Shown here: positions 47,541-64,000 of the stretch, in pieces
Layout of the letters: the number at the start of each line of letters is the position of its first letter
Numbering within the stretch: position 1 is the first letter of the stretch
DNA from: the human T2T-CHM13v2.0 reference genome, Homo sapiens
Direction: 5' to 3' (one strand)
Length of the DNA: 64,000 nucleotides
Assembly: GCF_009914755.1 (NCBI RefSeq)
Contig: NC_060928.1
Translations under genes and position numbers: made by a program
The notes under the pieces: model-generated
The model's database searches: none
What the model saw: the letters and a program-made list of their open reading frames with translations, nothing else
What the model was told of the DNA's origin: nothing

Positions 47541-48324
47541 TCTTATAACGGTCTCATTTGTTACTATTTAAGATACTTCAAGAAAATAACTTTTCATATT
47601 TGTCTTATTTTCATAACTGGATTGAAAATTTCTTGGAGACAGTAAGTCAGACTTTTATTTCTTTGCAACCCACATGGTGTCCCACATACTCAATAAGCAA
47701 CTCTTGTGCAGAATGAAAAGCATCTTGTACAGCACGTAATTTGTTTGGAATATTTAGGAAATAATTTTTTTTACTATATTATCTAGAATACATGGCTAGG
47801 AAAGAGTAGGAGCTAACCACATTTTTATAACTATCATGTGCATCTGAACATGCTGGTGGGTTTGAATTAACTGATAATTGTCATTGAAATTTAATATAAC
47901 ATTGAGCTCCCCAAGCTAAACTCCACTAAAAGTATGTCATGACATTATGACACTAGCATATATTGCTGGAAAATGCTAAATCTATATGAATGCATTCTCA
48001 ACATAAATTTAAAGTGACTGATATTTATTAAATTCTTATATGCCATATCATTTAGGGTACCAATAGGAAATAGAAGGCATGCATAACTGGAACTTTGAAG
48101 AGAATGCAATGAAGGAAACTATTTCAAAGCTGTGGGCAGGGTTAATGGAATATTGAGGCACTTAGGGACCAGTAGCCACTCCGAGGCCTGAAGAAGAAAG
48201 GTGAGGAAATGGCGTTATGGAAGGCTGTTGTAGACCTGCAGTTTGGAAGACAGATTGCCCAACAGGAGCCATAGTCATTGAATGAGTCATCGGCCAAGAT
48301 GCCATCAAGTCTCATCTGGACTGA

Positions 48325-48691
<367 letters not shown>

Positions 48692-49661
48692 GGAAATAAT
48701 TTTTTTACCATATTATCTAGGAGAGAGTAGGACCTAACCACATTTTTATAACTACTATTGTGCATCCGAGAGTGCTGACATTATTAAATTCATTATCAAA
48801 TCGAGCAAGTCATCAGCCATGAACAGAACTGAGTGTGAACAGGGCTTGGAGGAAATAAGTGTCTCTACCTCTACATCCTCCCACCTTACAATTTCCTATT
48901 CATGCTTTCCATCCCCCTGACTCCCATCATTGGCCAAATCCATTCAGAAGAGGTTAGATGAGGAAACTAAGGTTCAGAGAGGTAAATGAATTTGCCCAGT
49001 ATCACCCAGCTAATGAATGTCAGTTCTGATATTTGAATCCCACAGACCGACTCCAAATACCATGATCTCATTTATTACTTTACATGTACAACTGATGGCT
49101 ATGCCAAATATGAATTGTTATAATTTTTAATAAAAGTTAATGAAGGCTAAAGATGTGTATTTTTATCACATATTCTACTATTGAAAAAATTGCTTATCTT
49201 ATGGCAGGCAATCAATTTTATTTTCAAGCATTTTTTTTTTAAATCTGGATAACAGCCTCTCCCTTTGAAATCTAAAGATCAAATAAATATCTCAATATAT
49301 CCCTTAACTTGAGTGGGGCTGGAAGCCCCAGGGGAAAATCCCTGATCTAGCCCTTTCTCTCTATTAAGTGGACAACATCCTTAAGTATACTAACACCCTT
49401 TGCCCTCAAAGGGGGGCAAGAGGAATGAGGATCCCAAATGATGCCTCCTTGGCCTGATTCTTGTGCTTATCTCTGAGTGGTAGTCCCAGCGAGGGCCTCA
49501 GCTCTGTCTCTGACACAACCTGTGGTCTCGGGGCCCTTCTGTTCCTCATCCACTCCTGAACAAACTGTCCTCCCCACAAACCCCAAGACCAGCCCAGGAC
49601 AGGTCTTGTGGAAACAGTCTGGTAACCTCACAGGGCTCTGCAGCCGTTTCAAGGAGGTTCT

Positions 49662-49680
49662 TTAGCACCCTCTGGTGGCT
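49662..49680 (-). promoter_or_regulatory. Strong CTCF motif downstream of CXCL13
   Basis: Minus strand reads AGCCACCAGAGGGTGCTAA, one change from the CCACCAGAGGGCGC core. Confidence 0.6.
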
Positions 49681-52600
49681 ACTGCCAGAAATACCATGTT
49701 CAAATTGAAGAGGGCAGTGAGGGCGGTGACATTAACGTTGGACCGGATTCCCTGCTTCCTTTTCCATTCAGTCAGACCCTGAAGAGTGTCTCCCAGGGAT
49801 TGCGGACAAGGAAATCAGGTGATTCTTTTCTATCGGTGCCCAGACTCGGGACTCCACGGTCTTCACTCTTAAAGTACGGCCTCCCAACCAGCAACATTGG
49901 AGAATCGGAATCAGAACCTACATTTCAACAAGAAACAGTGATTTATATGCAACTAACACTGAGAAGCTTTTTTCCCTTATATTTTGTCTTTTACATTTCT
50001 CCCTACCTCCTCACTGCCAAAAGACAATATACAATCAATTTTCACAGGTAAGCCCTCATTCTTCAAGTTAGGTCTTCCCCCAAGCTAAGGAGAAGGAAAA
50101 GAAGTAGAAGTTAGAAGATTTTGAATCAAAATTTGGTTCTGCTATGATTCACTAACATATTCAATTCTCTGAATCTCATTATTCTAAATGTTCAGATGAA
50201 AATAACATCTAGCCCTTATGGAACTAAGAATAAACTCATTTTCAAATCAGCTAACTTGGGGTCATTACTGGGATTCATAAATGCCAGGAAATTAGGATTG
50301 TTCAATTTCTGATGCCATTCCACTGGCCTTCTAGAAATGGTCATGTCCAACCCTTTGACTTCAAGCCGCAGTGCTCTGCTGGCATCCAGTGGTGAATGGT
50401 GTAATGTGGAAACATCAAACATGGTAATGCAGTGTACCCTAGAACTGACCCAGGAAGATGAAACCTAAAACCAGCAAACACAGCTTATCATATGACCTCC
50501 AGAACAGACCAAAGAGAGGAATAGAAGAAATGTGGCTACCAGCCCAATGTCAGCTGAAACTAGCAGCAGATAGAGACTTTATTGTTCTGAGCAAGACAAT
50601 CTATACCAGTTCATTATCAGCTGCCAGGTGCCAAGCTAAAGTAATCTGTGCTCGATTTTCTTTTATGCATCATCCCAAATTAGATGTAAAATAATTGCCA
50701 AGAGTTCAGTCATGCTGAGACCCATTATTCAGTAATAAAATTGACATTTCTAAAGTACTTTATCACAAATGGCAGGTTAGTTCACACAGCGTTCTTGCCT
50801 GAATCACGAGCCCCAGCTTTGTGTCTTTCCATTTGCTTTATTTGCATGTTCTGCTCTTTCTACCTCCCACCTCCTAGAAATTAAAAATACCAGTAAGCAA
50901 AGAAAGGCACAGTGACTCTCGCTTTCAATTAAGGAGCTATTTCATATGCAGTGGTCACTTTTTATCAGTGCAGAATGGTGGACATCCCTGATAAGCAATC
51001 ATGGTGTCCACAAGGACAGAGGACATTTTTAATTTTGCTGGGCATTTTGCTTAGCTTTGGAAATTCTTGTATGTTTTATCACTAATTTCAACTTATAAAT
51101 TTCCTGCCTAGGAGCAACTTCAATGAATTCCGGTTTGGAAATATCCAGCAGATCTTTTTTTTTTTTTTTTTAATGAAAGCATCTCCCCACATTCGCCCAC
51201 CTAAGATAACTCAGAGGCAGATGCACTTTTCACTGAAGTTAATGAGAATCTGAAAACTGCAATTGCAATGAGGTTGTAAACTGGGGTTAGCAGGATTCAT
51301 GTTGCCGCAATTCATCTAACCTAGATTTAAGTCTCTGGAGTTATTATTTTTTCCCTCTTTGTTAAAAGCAAACATTTTTACAACCTCCTTATTTGTATAC
51401 TGTTTTTATTATCCCACTACCCTTATGAAATTAATGAAAGAGAGACTTTTTTCTAAGTACTTCTTACGGAGACTCTTGAATGTGGACCTGCTGATTCCTC
51501 AGGGAGCCCACCCAGCCACTTGGGCCATGTCCCCCCGACTCGTGGTGCACATGTGAAAGGCAGGTAGGGCAGTTCCACTTTCTACAAAGGCCTGTGATTC
51601 CTGGAAACTCTGGCCAATTCTAAATCCCACTGACTGGAAGGGAACTTGAAGTCTCCTCCAAGTCTCTTTTTTCACAAAGTAAAGAACGAAGGTATTTTCC
51701 TAGCAAAAGCTAAAATTCCAAGGAAGATAAAAATTGAGGAAGTATCCCAACTCTTTGTTGGCACCCTCCATTGTCCACGTGCTCTGGCTTTGCACCCCGG
51801 AGTTTCCTCAAAACAGAACTGCAACCTCAGTGTGGACCTGGGACTAGTAAGATCATCCAGCCCATTTAATGTAAGTCATTTGTGTAACTGGGAAAGCCTT
51901 GGCCAAAATCTGAGGGGGTTTTTGGCAATGCTAAAGGCAACATCAATTAACAACAAAAATGCTTCCTTGTGTCCTGCCACCTTAGGACAAGCTTTACAAT
52001 TTTGACATCTGGCCCCGTGCTCTTATCCAACCTGGGAAGTTGGTGGTGTGTTGGTGTGGCATCTTACTAAAGGCAAAATGATGACTTGTTTGTTGTTTAT
52101 ATTCTGTACCTGCTTGATTGATAAGCTTAGGTTTTGTTTTGTTTTGTTTTTTTTTTTTTAAGTCCTTTTCTTGTATCATCTCAGGTTGTGAGCAAAATCT
52201 TGGAAGCAATTTTTTTAGTTTGCTTTTTCTGTTTACTTCTCAGTGTTCCAGTACTGGCAGGTTTCTATTTGCTTTTCCTCTTTGCTTTTTTGTGTTCTAG
52301 GACTGGCAAGACAAGGAGAATGATGTCTAGCAGGATCCCACTTCATCCTGTCCATTTCTGAGACAGAAATACTAAAAGGAAGTGAGTCTAGGAGAAACCT
52401 GGTGTCACTCTCTAGCTCTGTAACATCAAAGAAGCTTATTTTATTAAAAGGTTTCTTACTTAAAAAGAAATCACTCCATTTATGAGTCTCAACTCCCTTA
52501 CCTTTGGGTGAGAAGTGATATAGACAATTGCTAAGGCACTATCTGGTCCTAAAACTCACATCCCTACCCTTCCCACAGCCTCCCCTCCCCTAAATACTCC

Positions 52601-55102
52601 CTGTCCAGGCAAATGTTGGTATTGCCATCCATTAAAATTAAGCTGTTGTGTCATCCTTGACCCCCCCACCAACAACAACCTCCCTTTTTAAATCATTCAC
52701 CAAGAGTGATTTCATTTCCCCACCTCCTTAATATCTCTGGGATCCATCCACTTCATTTCCACCACTGCATCTGGCCACGTAAATGACTGCTCCTTACTTG
52801 GGGAAGTGACTTTACAAGCCAAGGTCATTCAGAATTAAATTTACAGATGATGGAATAAATCAAATTCATGTATTTATAAAGTGTAAAAGAATCTGGTCTC
52901 TCAGGAAAACATGACTTCAGTTTGAAGTGTATCACTAATTTAACTGTGAGTTTAAGCAAAAAAGTTTAATATAAATTTTAAGGATATTGGAATGTTTAAG
53001 AAAACTCAACATGAAAAATGTATGATATTATGTATTTGATTAACAAGATTTTCATACGTGGTCAGGAAGACTTGTTAGGGTTGTAATTTTGTCTTGCATA
53101 AGCATTTGAAATAACTAGCAAAAGTGAAATAAGATATTTATTCTAAAATCTTGAAAAGAATGTATTAAAGCAAATTTGTAAATTAGTCTGATTGTTTAAA
53201 GACAGTTATATTCGTTGGGTGGAGTTCATTAACATTGATTAAACAGCATGTAAAAGTGATTATTAATATTATATAAACATTAGAGTAAGATTAGTAGGCT
53301 GAGCTTGATGAAAATGTAAAATTGATAAACCTAAACTTTAAAACTAAACATTAATTCTGAACTCAAGCAAATATTAACAATCCTTTCTATACTCACGTTC
53401 CCTTCAGACCTTAAATTCACTGACAATTGTAAAAAGAGTTCTCTTTCAGTCATGGAAATGCTCACATTTAGGGACTTGGTCTGGAACATCTTAATATGCG
53501 TCTATTGTCTCTTAATTAAATACACAAGTGCAAAGTCAAACCAAGTTCTAGAGCATATCAAATCTCTGATTCCAATCTAACTTTTCATGATTTATTTTTT
53601 ATGATTTATGATTTTGCAGGCCAAATGTATTCCAAAAACAGAGAAAATGTTTTAGCAACCTGATGTTCTCCAAACTATGATCTAGGCTTTACTAAAAATT
53701 TGTCTCTTGTTCTGCATAACTAGATCTACAATTACATAACTACATAACTACATCTTAGCACCCTTTTTATCCTGCTGGGATTTGTTACTGGTTGGGTGAT
53801 CTTCCCTAAAACATAGACTTTACAGATTGATACGATCTGTAAAAACAAACTAAATTACCCTATGAGAAGGATGCTTGCCAGGTCTCAGAGCAGGATAGCG
53901 GCTTCTCTACACTCACTTCTCTGTCTTCACCCTCACCATCAATGTTTATTGTCCTTTCCAATTAATGTGCTTTATTATTTTAAACTCAAAATAAACAAGC
54001 AGTGAGAACCGAATAAAGGATTCTTCTACTTTACAGATTATCTCTTCGTTTGCCTTAAGAAATTTTGGAAGAAATACAATTTGCTACATTCTGACTCATA
54101 GCCATGCATAAGCTTATGGAGGGGGAAAGTTCACGGGGAGAGCCAAGTCTTCATAATGTCCTCTAATTATGTGTGGAACTAAATATGGAAAAACTAAGCA
54201 TGTGTCTTGTCCACATATATAGACATCTACAATTTGGATTATCTCTAGTTTCTTTTTCTCCTCACACAACCTCCCTCAATAGATGATTTTATGTACCTAT
54301 AATGCTTTTCCTTTATAGGAGGTGGAAAGTGGAAAGACTCAAGGAATAGCCTCTTGTGGCTTCTCAACAGGACACTGTGGGCATTTTTATTCCTGGCGCC
54401 TGACTCTCCTGCACATTAGGGGATGCTTCTCACATCTCTAGGCCAGAGCCACCAAATGCTGTCACTCATTGGAAATTTGTGGGGGCATTTTGTTTGTTAC
54501 CAACACCCCGCCTGTAAGAGCAACTCCCTCACCTTCTGCAAAATTTGCAGGACCTCAGAAGAACAGGGAAGGCAGCGACCACTATTAACCCCTTAACCTT
54601 AGCACAGGGGCCCAGCTCTTCACCAGGTCTCTGCTTAAAAGAATGAGTGGCCTTTTAAATAAATAAAACAGCAAAGCTAATCTTTGTAAATATTTCCTAC
54701 CCCATTCTTTGCCAATAGGCGCAGAGCCCCAGGAGAAATGAGAGGTGGGACCTTATGTTGTGAGTTAAGTTTGAACAGAAAAGGAGATTGTAGAACAACA
54801 TTTGAGTTGGAAGGTATCTTAGTAGTCATCTAATCTAACACCCTCACTTAAGAGGTAAAGAAAATGAGGGTGTGAATCACTACCTGTAAAACATGCAGCA
54901 AGTGTCACCTATCACTGTGATAATTAGTAATTATTACACTTATTGCTATTACACCTGTCTACTTTAAAACTGCTTAGCCTCCTGGGAGGCTGTTTTAGTT
55001 CAGGCTTCTGTTGAAGCCAACTTTGATCCAAGGATGTGGGTGAAAGTACTTTATGCTAGAGGTGATCCAGGCAACACAGTGAAGGTGGGGGGAAGTGATA
55101 CA

Positions 55103-55513
55103 GTGTGATGGAGGCTGTGCTGGGCCATCAGATCCACTTTAAGGAATGAAGCACTTTTCTTTCAGCTGCTATCCATGCAGCTGGCAGCAGCTGTGGAGCT
55201 CTGAAAATTGCCCTCGCTCAAGGTTATACACCCTTCCTGGGAGCAGCCCGCATCCAAAGCTGGTTGATGCAATGGTATAAATATTCTATCCCACCTTCTC
55301 ACCTCGGGCCAAATCTGACAGCCATCCCAGCTTCAGAACTTCCTGCAGCCTCACTGAGGCCTTTGCTGTGGCTGTCTCATGTTCAACTTCTCCCTCTGCT
55401 TAATCCTGCTTCCTCCCCTTTACCGACAGGTATTAATTCTACAAACACTCCCAGATTAACTTTCTGTTTGCTAATCTCCCTATCGGTATGCTTACCAGGG
55501 AACCTGGCCTGCA
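55103..55513 (+). mobile_element. LTR16-like ERVL LTR
   Basis: TGTGATGGAGGCTGTG..CCCTTCCTGGGAGCAGCCCGCATCC..CCAGGGAACCTGGCCTGCAA. Confidence 0.65.
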
Positions 55514-56840
55514 ATAGAAGTTGTTCAAGAAAGCAGATGTTAAAAAGGGATTCTGAATCTGAATCACCTGCCAGACAGCTGGCAATGAGAACCACATTAC
55601 TAGTCCTACAAGGAGCATGCAGGGCCCCTGACACAGGTGGTAGTGCAATTGTTAATACTTTCACCTGTTGTGAACTGGGATGGATGGTAAATTGGTAAAA
55701 GAAAATGTGCCAGCAGGTGCAATTTATCAGGCATTTGAGAAATATGGGGGAATTGTAATTCTGAAAAAAATAGAATTGGAAAGCTGCTGCTGGAGGAGTT
55801 AGATAATATGGAAAAAGATAATAAAAGGCACAAAACGACTAATTAGTCATTAAAGACTAGGTGTGCTATGGTCTGAATGTTTGTGTCCCCTCAAAATTCC
55901 TATGTTGAAATCCCAATCCCCAAGGTGATGGTATTAGCAGGTGAGGCCTTTGGGAGGCGATTAGGTCATGAGGGCAGAACCCTTGTGAAGTGAATTAGTG
56001 CTCTTATAAAAGATCTCAGAGAGGACGTCAGCCCCTTCCACCCTGTGAGGCTGCGGTGACCGTCTATGAGGAAGTGGGCCCTCTCCAGACACCAAAACTG
56101 CCGGTACCTTGTTCATGGATTTCCCAGCCGCCAGAACCGTGAGAGATACATTTCTTTTGTTTATAAGCCACTCAGTCTGTGGTAGTTTGCTATTGCAGCC
56201 TGAAAAGACTAAGACAAGGTGTGAAGCCAGGGCCCTACTTGAGCACAGTCAGAGAATCTTCTCTCCTGCTGGTAAAGAGCAGGGACATCTGAGGACAGAT
56301 TCAGGACTTAATCACAATCATAACATGGCTCCAGAGAAGGTTGAATTTTCAACCTACCCACGGCCACAGAGCAAGATCAGGGTCCTGATTGGAAAAGATT
56401 GGGACCCTGAAAATTGGGATGGGGACATCTATGCTAATGCACTTAAATAATGGATCCTCAGACCCTGGAGCCCCTGACCCTGCAGAAGTGAATAGCACTG
56501 TTGGAGCCAGCACTCTCCCTGGCCTTGCAAGAGAACACATTCCTTTGGGCTCTACCCCAGCACTCCTCTTAGACACAAGATCAGTAAGAAGAGTGAGCTC
56601 ACGATACAAGTGCTGGGCCTGCCAAGGGAGGAAAGGGACCGTACCCCAAAGGACGTGCAGAACCTAGTTAACATGTGCCAGCAAGCCTACGAGAGAACAT
56701 GTGAAAGCAAATGCTAAGAGTGCCAAATCAAGGGGGTGACAGGACATAATGTGAAATAAGGCAGAGTTTATTAATATGGGAAAAATTCCTGGGTGTACAG
56801 CATTTAACAACATGGCTAAGATCACAAGACTAACACATTT
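55514..56840 (+). mobile_element. ERVL-class internal (gag remnant), interrupted by MLT1A
   Basis: Translation [19 protein letters not shown] matches the ERVL gag KVRALIGKEWDP..WDGD motif. Confidence 0.7.
55864..56216 (+). mobile_element. MLT1A-type MaLR solo LTR
   Basis: TGCTATGGTCTGAATGTTTGTGTCCC...GACTAAGACA; perfect 5-bp TSD AGGTG. Confidence 0.9.
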
Positions 56841-56889
56841 CTGGCATGGCTTTCAGTCTGGGCCATCACTTTCTCCAAGCTTCTTTTGA

Positions 56890-58730
56890 TTTTATTTTTA
56901 TTGACAAATAATAATTATATGTATTTCTGGGATACAATGATGCTTCAATACATGTATACATTGTGGGATGAGCAAATCAGGCAATTAAACTATTCACCTT
57001 AAATACTTATTTCTTTTTGGTGAAAACATTTAAAATTCACTCTTTTAGCAATTTTGAAGTTTACAATGCATTGTTATTAACTAAAGTTAATAGTCACCTT
57101 GCTGGGTAAGAGATCACCAGAACATTTTCCTTCTGTCTAATTGAAACTTTGTACCCTTTGACTAACCTCTCCCCTTTCCCCACCCAGTCTACCCCCCACC
57201 TCACCTCTGGTAACCACCATTCTATTCTCTACTTCTATGAGTTTGAATGTTTAGATTTCACAGATAAGTGAGATAATAAAATATTTGTATTTCTATGGGT
57301 GGCTTATTTCACTTAGCTTAATGTCCTCTAAATTCATCCATGTTGTCACAAATGACAGAATTTTGTTGTCTTCTAAGGCTAAACAGTATTCCATTGTGTA
57401 TATGTATCACATTTTTAATCCACTCGTCTATTGGTGGGCGCTTAGTTTATTTCCAAATTTTGGCTATTATGAATAATGCTGAAATAAACATGGGAGTGCA
57501 GACATCTCGTCAATATACAGATTTCAATTGCTTTGGATATATACCCAGAAGTGGAATTGTTGGTGCATATGGTAATTCTATTTTTAGTTTTTTGAGGAAC
57601 CTCCATACTGTTTTCCAAAATGGCTGTACTAATTTACATTCCCACCAACAATATACAAGGGTTTCTTTTTTTCCCGCATTCTCACCAACACTTGTTATCT
57701 TTCATCTATTTGATAAGAGCCATTCTAAGATAAGAGGTGTTATATATCTCATTGTGGTTTTAATGTGTATTCCCCTGATTATTAGTAATTTTTTTTTCAT
57801 ATGTCTACTGGCCTTTTGTATATCTTCTTTTGAAAAAGGATCTATTCATGTCCTTTGCCCCCTCCCCACCTTTTTTTGAGACAGGGTCTTGCTCTGTCAC
57901 CCAGGCTGGAGTTACAGAGCAGTGACGTTATAGCTCAGTGTAGCCTCAACCTCCTGGGCTCAAGACATCCTCCCGCCTCAGCATCCCAACTAGCTGGTAC
58001 TACAGGTGTGTGCCACCACATCTGGCAATTTTTTTTTTTCTTTTGGTAGAGACAGGGTCTCACTTCGTTGCCTGGGCTGTTCTTGAACTCCTAGCCTAAA
58101 GCCATCCTCCCACCTTGGCCTCCCAAACTGTTGGGATTACAGGCACAAGCCGCTATGCCCAGTCTTTGCCCATTTTTTAATAGTTTTTTTTTTTGTTTTT
58201 GGGTAGCTGGAGTTCCTTATATATTTTTGATATGAACCCTTTATCTGATGTATGATTTGCAAATATTTTCTCCCAGTTCATGGGTTGTCTTTTCACTGTT
58301 TTTTTAGAAGCTTTATAGTTTGATGCAATCCCATTTTTCTATTTTTGCTTTTGTTGCCTGTGCTTTTGGGGTCATATGCAAGAAATCATTGCACAGACCA
58401 ATGTTATACAGTTTTTACACATGTTTTCTACTAGTAATTTTACAGAAGTCTTACATTTAATCTTTAAGCTATTTTTAGTTGATTATCGTATAAGGAGTGA
58501 GATAAGAGTCCAATTTCAATCTTCTACATGTGATGTCCTGATTTCTAAACATCATTTATTGAAAATACTGTCCTATCCTCATTGTGGTGAGTTATTGGCC
58601 TCTTTGTGGAAAATTAATTGACTATAGATGTGTGGGTTTATTTTGGGGCTTTCTATCATGTTCTATTGGTTAGTGTGTCTGTCTTTATGCCAATATCATT
58701 CTGTTTTAATTACTGTAGCTTTGTAATATA
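56890..58730 (-). mobile_element. L1MA 3' region, interrupted by an AluJ and by Tigger1
   Basis: Reverse L1 3' UTR/ORF2 end (CCCAGAAGTGGAATTG..GGTAATTCTATTTTTAGTTTTTTGAGGAAC). Confidence 0.88.
57871..58161 (-). mobile_element. AluJ
   Basis: Reverse Alu; TSD gtc(c)tttgccc. Confidence 0.88.
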
Positions 58731-61383
<2,653 letters not shown>

Positions 61384-61707
61384 TGTCAGTTTCAAGCCCC
61401 AGCTGAGGTCAGAGGGGTGTGGGTAGATGGGGCGGGGGGCAGGGAGCTGGAAGAACACTCGAGAGAGAGCAGGTAGATGAGACATGGCTTTATTCAGCAG
61501 CTCTTTCACAGTGTCAGTGTTACATTTGTACACCTCACAAATGATAGTGGCTGAGAGCCAAATGATGAGCTTCTCTGTGTTATGTCTACCTAGCTGTGAT
61601 TATATCAGGCACAGGATTGCGCGCGTGTGCTCTAATCCCACTGTGTCATGCAGGATTTTTACCTCGGCCTATGCCTGCCTGGCAGCAACACAGCCATGTT
61701 CCTTACA
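61384..61707 (-). mobile_element. 3' LTR of a HERV-S-type provirus (LTR18-like)
   Basis: Minus strand TGTAAGGAACATGGCTGTG...CTGACA; PPT AGGGGGCGGAG at 61708-61718; AATAAA inside. Confidence 0.8.
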
Positions 61708-61716
61708 CTCCGCCCC

Positions 61717-63050
61717 CTAGGCCAAGGGGGTCCTCTTAATGGGAACTCGTGCACATAGGGGAGCACCCTGGACCCATAGGCCACAGCAACAATAAAGAGA
61801 GCAACAACCTACTACTAATATTCCTGCTATGCTACCTATGATTATAAGAGCCCAGTGTAGGCCAGAGCCCAGAGACACCCACCATCTCTGCAGGCGGTCA
61901 TCAGTAAGGTATTCAATTGCCTTAATCTCCCATGACATGACACCCCCTGCAAAGCTGCCACTATGTTCTGGTGGTTGTCAGGGATGAATGTACAACACTC
62001 TGTCCCTACAAGGGCACAGGTGCCACCTTGAGCAGCTGTGACTATGTCTAAGGCCATCCGGTTTTGCATCACCACCTTCCTGATCTGATCAAACTCATCA
62101 ATTAACAAAAGGAGGGCAGCTCAGGTGTAATTCATGGGCCCAATCTCTGTGTTCTGCAAGGGCTGTAACCTGCATTTCTACAGTGATGACACCTGTTCCA
62201 GGGACAGTTATTGCTAAGGGGTAGAACCACTAGGGGCTCAATGCACTCACAAAAACTGGGAACACAGCACCTCCCAGTTATGTGTGTGACTAAGCAATGT
62301 GGGAAGCACAGTGGCAGGCACAGAAGGCCACTCCCAGGTACAATGTCCAGTCTAGTTGGCTGGCAGATATGGCCATCCTATGTCCCCACAGACCTATAAA
62401 CTCCCAGCAGGCACAAAGTCCATGGGGGCCCAGCCTTGGTAGGGCTGCTTGTTCCACCACATCCTTGGCATGGTGGCATGTGTTACGTTTGCACAGGTCT
62501 CAGCAGGCAACCATCCCACAGTGACCTTACCCCAGTGTTGCTCTATACATCGTGGTACTTGCAATGGGGCCACCATGTTTTCTCCCATTAGCCAGCCCCA
62601 TTCATCATGGATGCTATGAGTCAGCCAGGGGGCAGGCTTGCCATGGGTTTTGTGACACCCCCATCCAAAGCTCACCATGTTGCATCCCGCCCATTGTCTG
62701 TGGGACCCCAAGTTTCTAGCCATGTCCAGTTCTTCACAAAAGCTGGATGCACATGCCAAGGCAAGCCATCCACAGCTGCTGCTGGAAGGGTGGTGCAGAT
62801 CTAACAGTTGGAGACATTGGCCACCTCAGCATAGGTGTGAGCCCAGTCCACAATGTTGTTGGAGCATGCCAACCTGTGGCTGAAACAACAAAGCAGGCAC
62901 AGGTACTAACAGGGGTAAATCACATCCTTCAGGCAGAATACAGGCTAACTTTTCATCCCTGGATAACAATGCAGCTACCAAGGGCTTCTGCCCTGGGCAA
63001 TGATACAACACGTTCTCAGCTCCCCATGGTTCTTTTGGGTCTTGTATCCA
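61717..63050 (-). pseudogene. Disrupted retroviral env (HERV-S-like)
   Basis: TM ectodomain QNRMALDIVTAAQGGTCALVGTECC (ISD-like plus CX6CC), a hydrophobic anchor and a Cys-rich tail; stops and frameshifts present. Confidence 0.85.
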
Positions 63051-63339
63051 TGGCAAAGTCATAGGGGAGCTTATAATAGGCCACATAGACAGTACATATG
63101 TCCCCCAGAGGAGGGTCCCTTCTCTGGTCATTCCCCTACGAATGGTTAGTTTGGAGACCACACATTAAATACCCAAGGAGCAACATGTAAGTCATACTGC
63201 AGACCCTCCCCTGAGGGGGCTACGATAGCCAACCATCTGCAATGGGGGGCTTGGAGGGTTCATGGCCAATGTCAGGTTTTCTGTTCCCCTGCCTTCAGAG
63301 GCATTGGGGCAGGCAACAATAGATTACCATTCGTCCCCA

Positions 63340-64000
63340 TACCTGGTCAGAGGAGGTCATCCTTGGTGTGTATCTGTAGTTGGATGGGGGCAGTGGCCTG
63401 GTGTAACAGTGCCTCCACCGGGGCCGGGCCACCTTTCCATGGCCACATTTTCAAGATTTGAAGCACCAGGTCCAACCTGGAACTCCAGCCCCACAAAGAT
63501 GGGTGGGGAGGAGGGGTGGGGAACATGCAAATGTAACCCGTTCTTCAGGAGTCCATTATATTGCTCAATCATGCTAGCAGCTTGTGGGTTATAAGGAACA
63601 TGGAACCCCCATTGTATGTCCATCTGCTGTGCCCACTGTTGTACCTGCTGTCCAGTAAAATGTGTTCCACTATCACTTTCAATGGCCAAGGGATGGCCAT
63701 ATAAGTCCTGCTGTCCAGTAAAATGTGTTCCACTATCACTTTCAATGGCCAGGGGATGGCCATATAAGTCACATAAGTGTTGCAGGGCTCAAATGGTGTG
63801 TTGCTGGCCAGCCACCCTGCAAGGGTAGGTGAACAATAAGCCAATGGCCGTGTCTACAGCCATCAGTGTATACGTGTAGCCCTGCGATTTTGGCATTGGC
63901 CCAATGTAATCTCATTGCCATCTGGTCAAGGGCACCTGCCCTACTGTCACTTGTTGTGTTACATTGGGCAGTTGTCTCCATCTGGAGACATACCTCTGGA
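63340..64000 (-). pseudogene. Disrupted pol integrase fragment (class III / ERVL-like)
   Basis: IESDSGTHFTGQQVQQWAQQMDIQWGFHVPYNPQAASMIEQYNGLLK is the integrase D...E core. Confidence 0.88.
63644..63769. repeat. 63-bp tandem duplication (2 copies, 62/63 identical)
   Basis: CCTGCTGTCCAGTAAAATGTGTTCCACTATCACTTTCAATGGCCA(A/G)GGGATGGCCATATAAGT twice. Confidence 0.95.

Noticed and set aside
51800-53900. AT-rich block that may be an ancient ERV internal or DNA-transposon remnant
   Set aside because: No termini, TSD or protein motif found to support a specific call.
57340-57879. 179-aa ORF
   Set aside because: Antisense translation of an L1MA element.

Overview
Primate (almost certainly human) genomic DNA containing the complete four-coding-exon CXCL13 (BLC/BCA-1) chemokine gene on the + strand. 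The CDS joins 36704-36767, 38541-38673, 41452-41532 and 41826-41877 (109 aa), with a TATA box at 36623 and AATAAA at 42645. The rest of the window is transposon-dense non-coding DNA: a nested L1/Alu/LTR12C stack and an ERV1 (MER4-group) remnant at the left end, many Alu/L1/L2/MIR/DNA-transposon fragments, an ERVL/MaLR block, a near-full-length Tigger1, and a HERV-S (LTR18-type) pol/env/3'LTR remnant at the right end. Nearly all supplied ORFs are repeat-derived or spurious. I do not see a clearly new multi-gene system. The most unusual signals are a perfect 25-bp-arm palindrome about 1.3 kb upstream of the CXCL13 TATA box, a sense LTR12C promoter that could splice into CXCL13, a stop codon at the last donor that would give tail-less CXCL13 on intron retention, an Alu inserted at the poly(A) site, a serially deleted local duplication, and a CpG-rich RFX/YY1/hairpin micro-element. 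Repeat subfamily names come from recalled consensus features, not from a database search.
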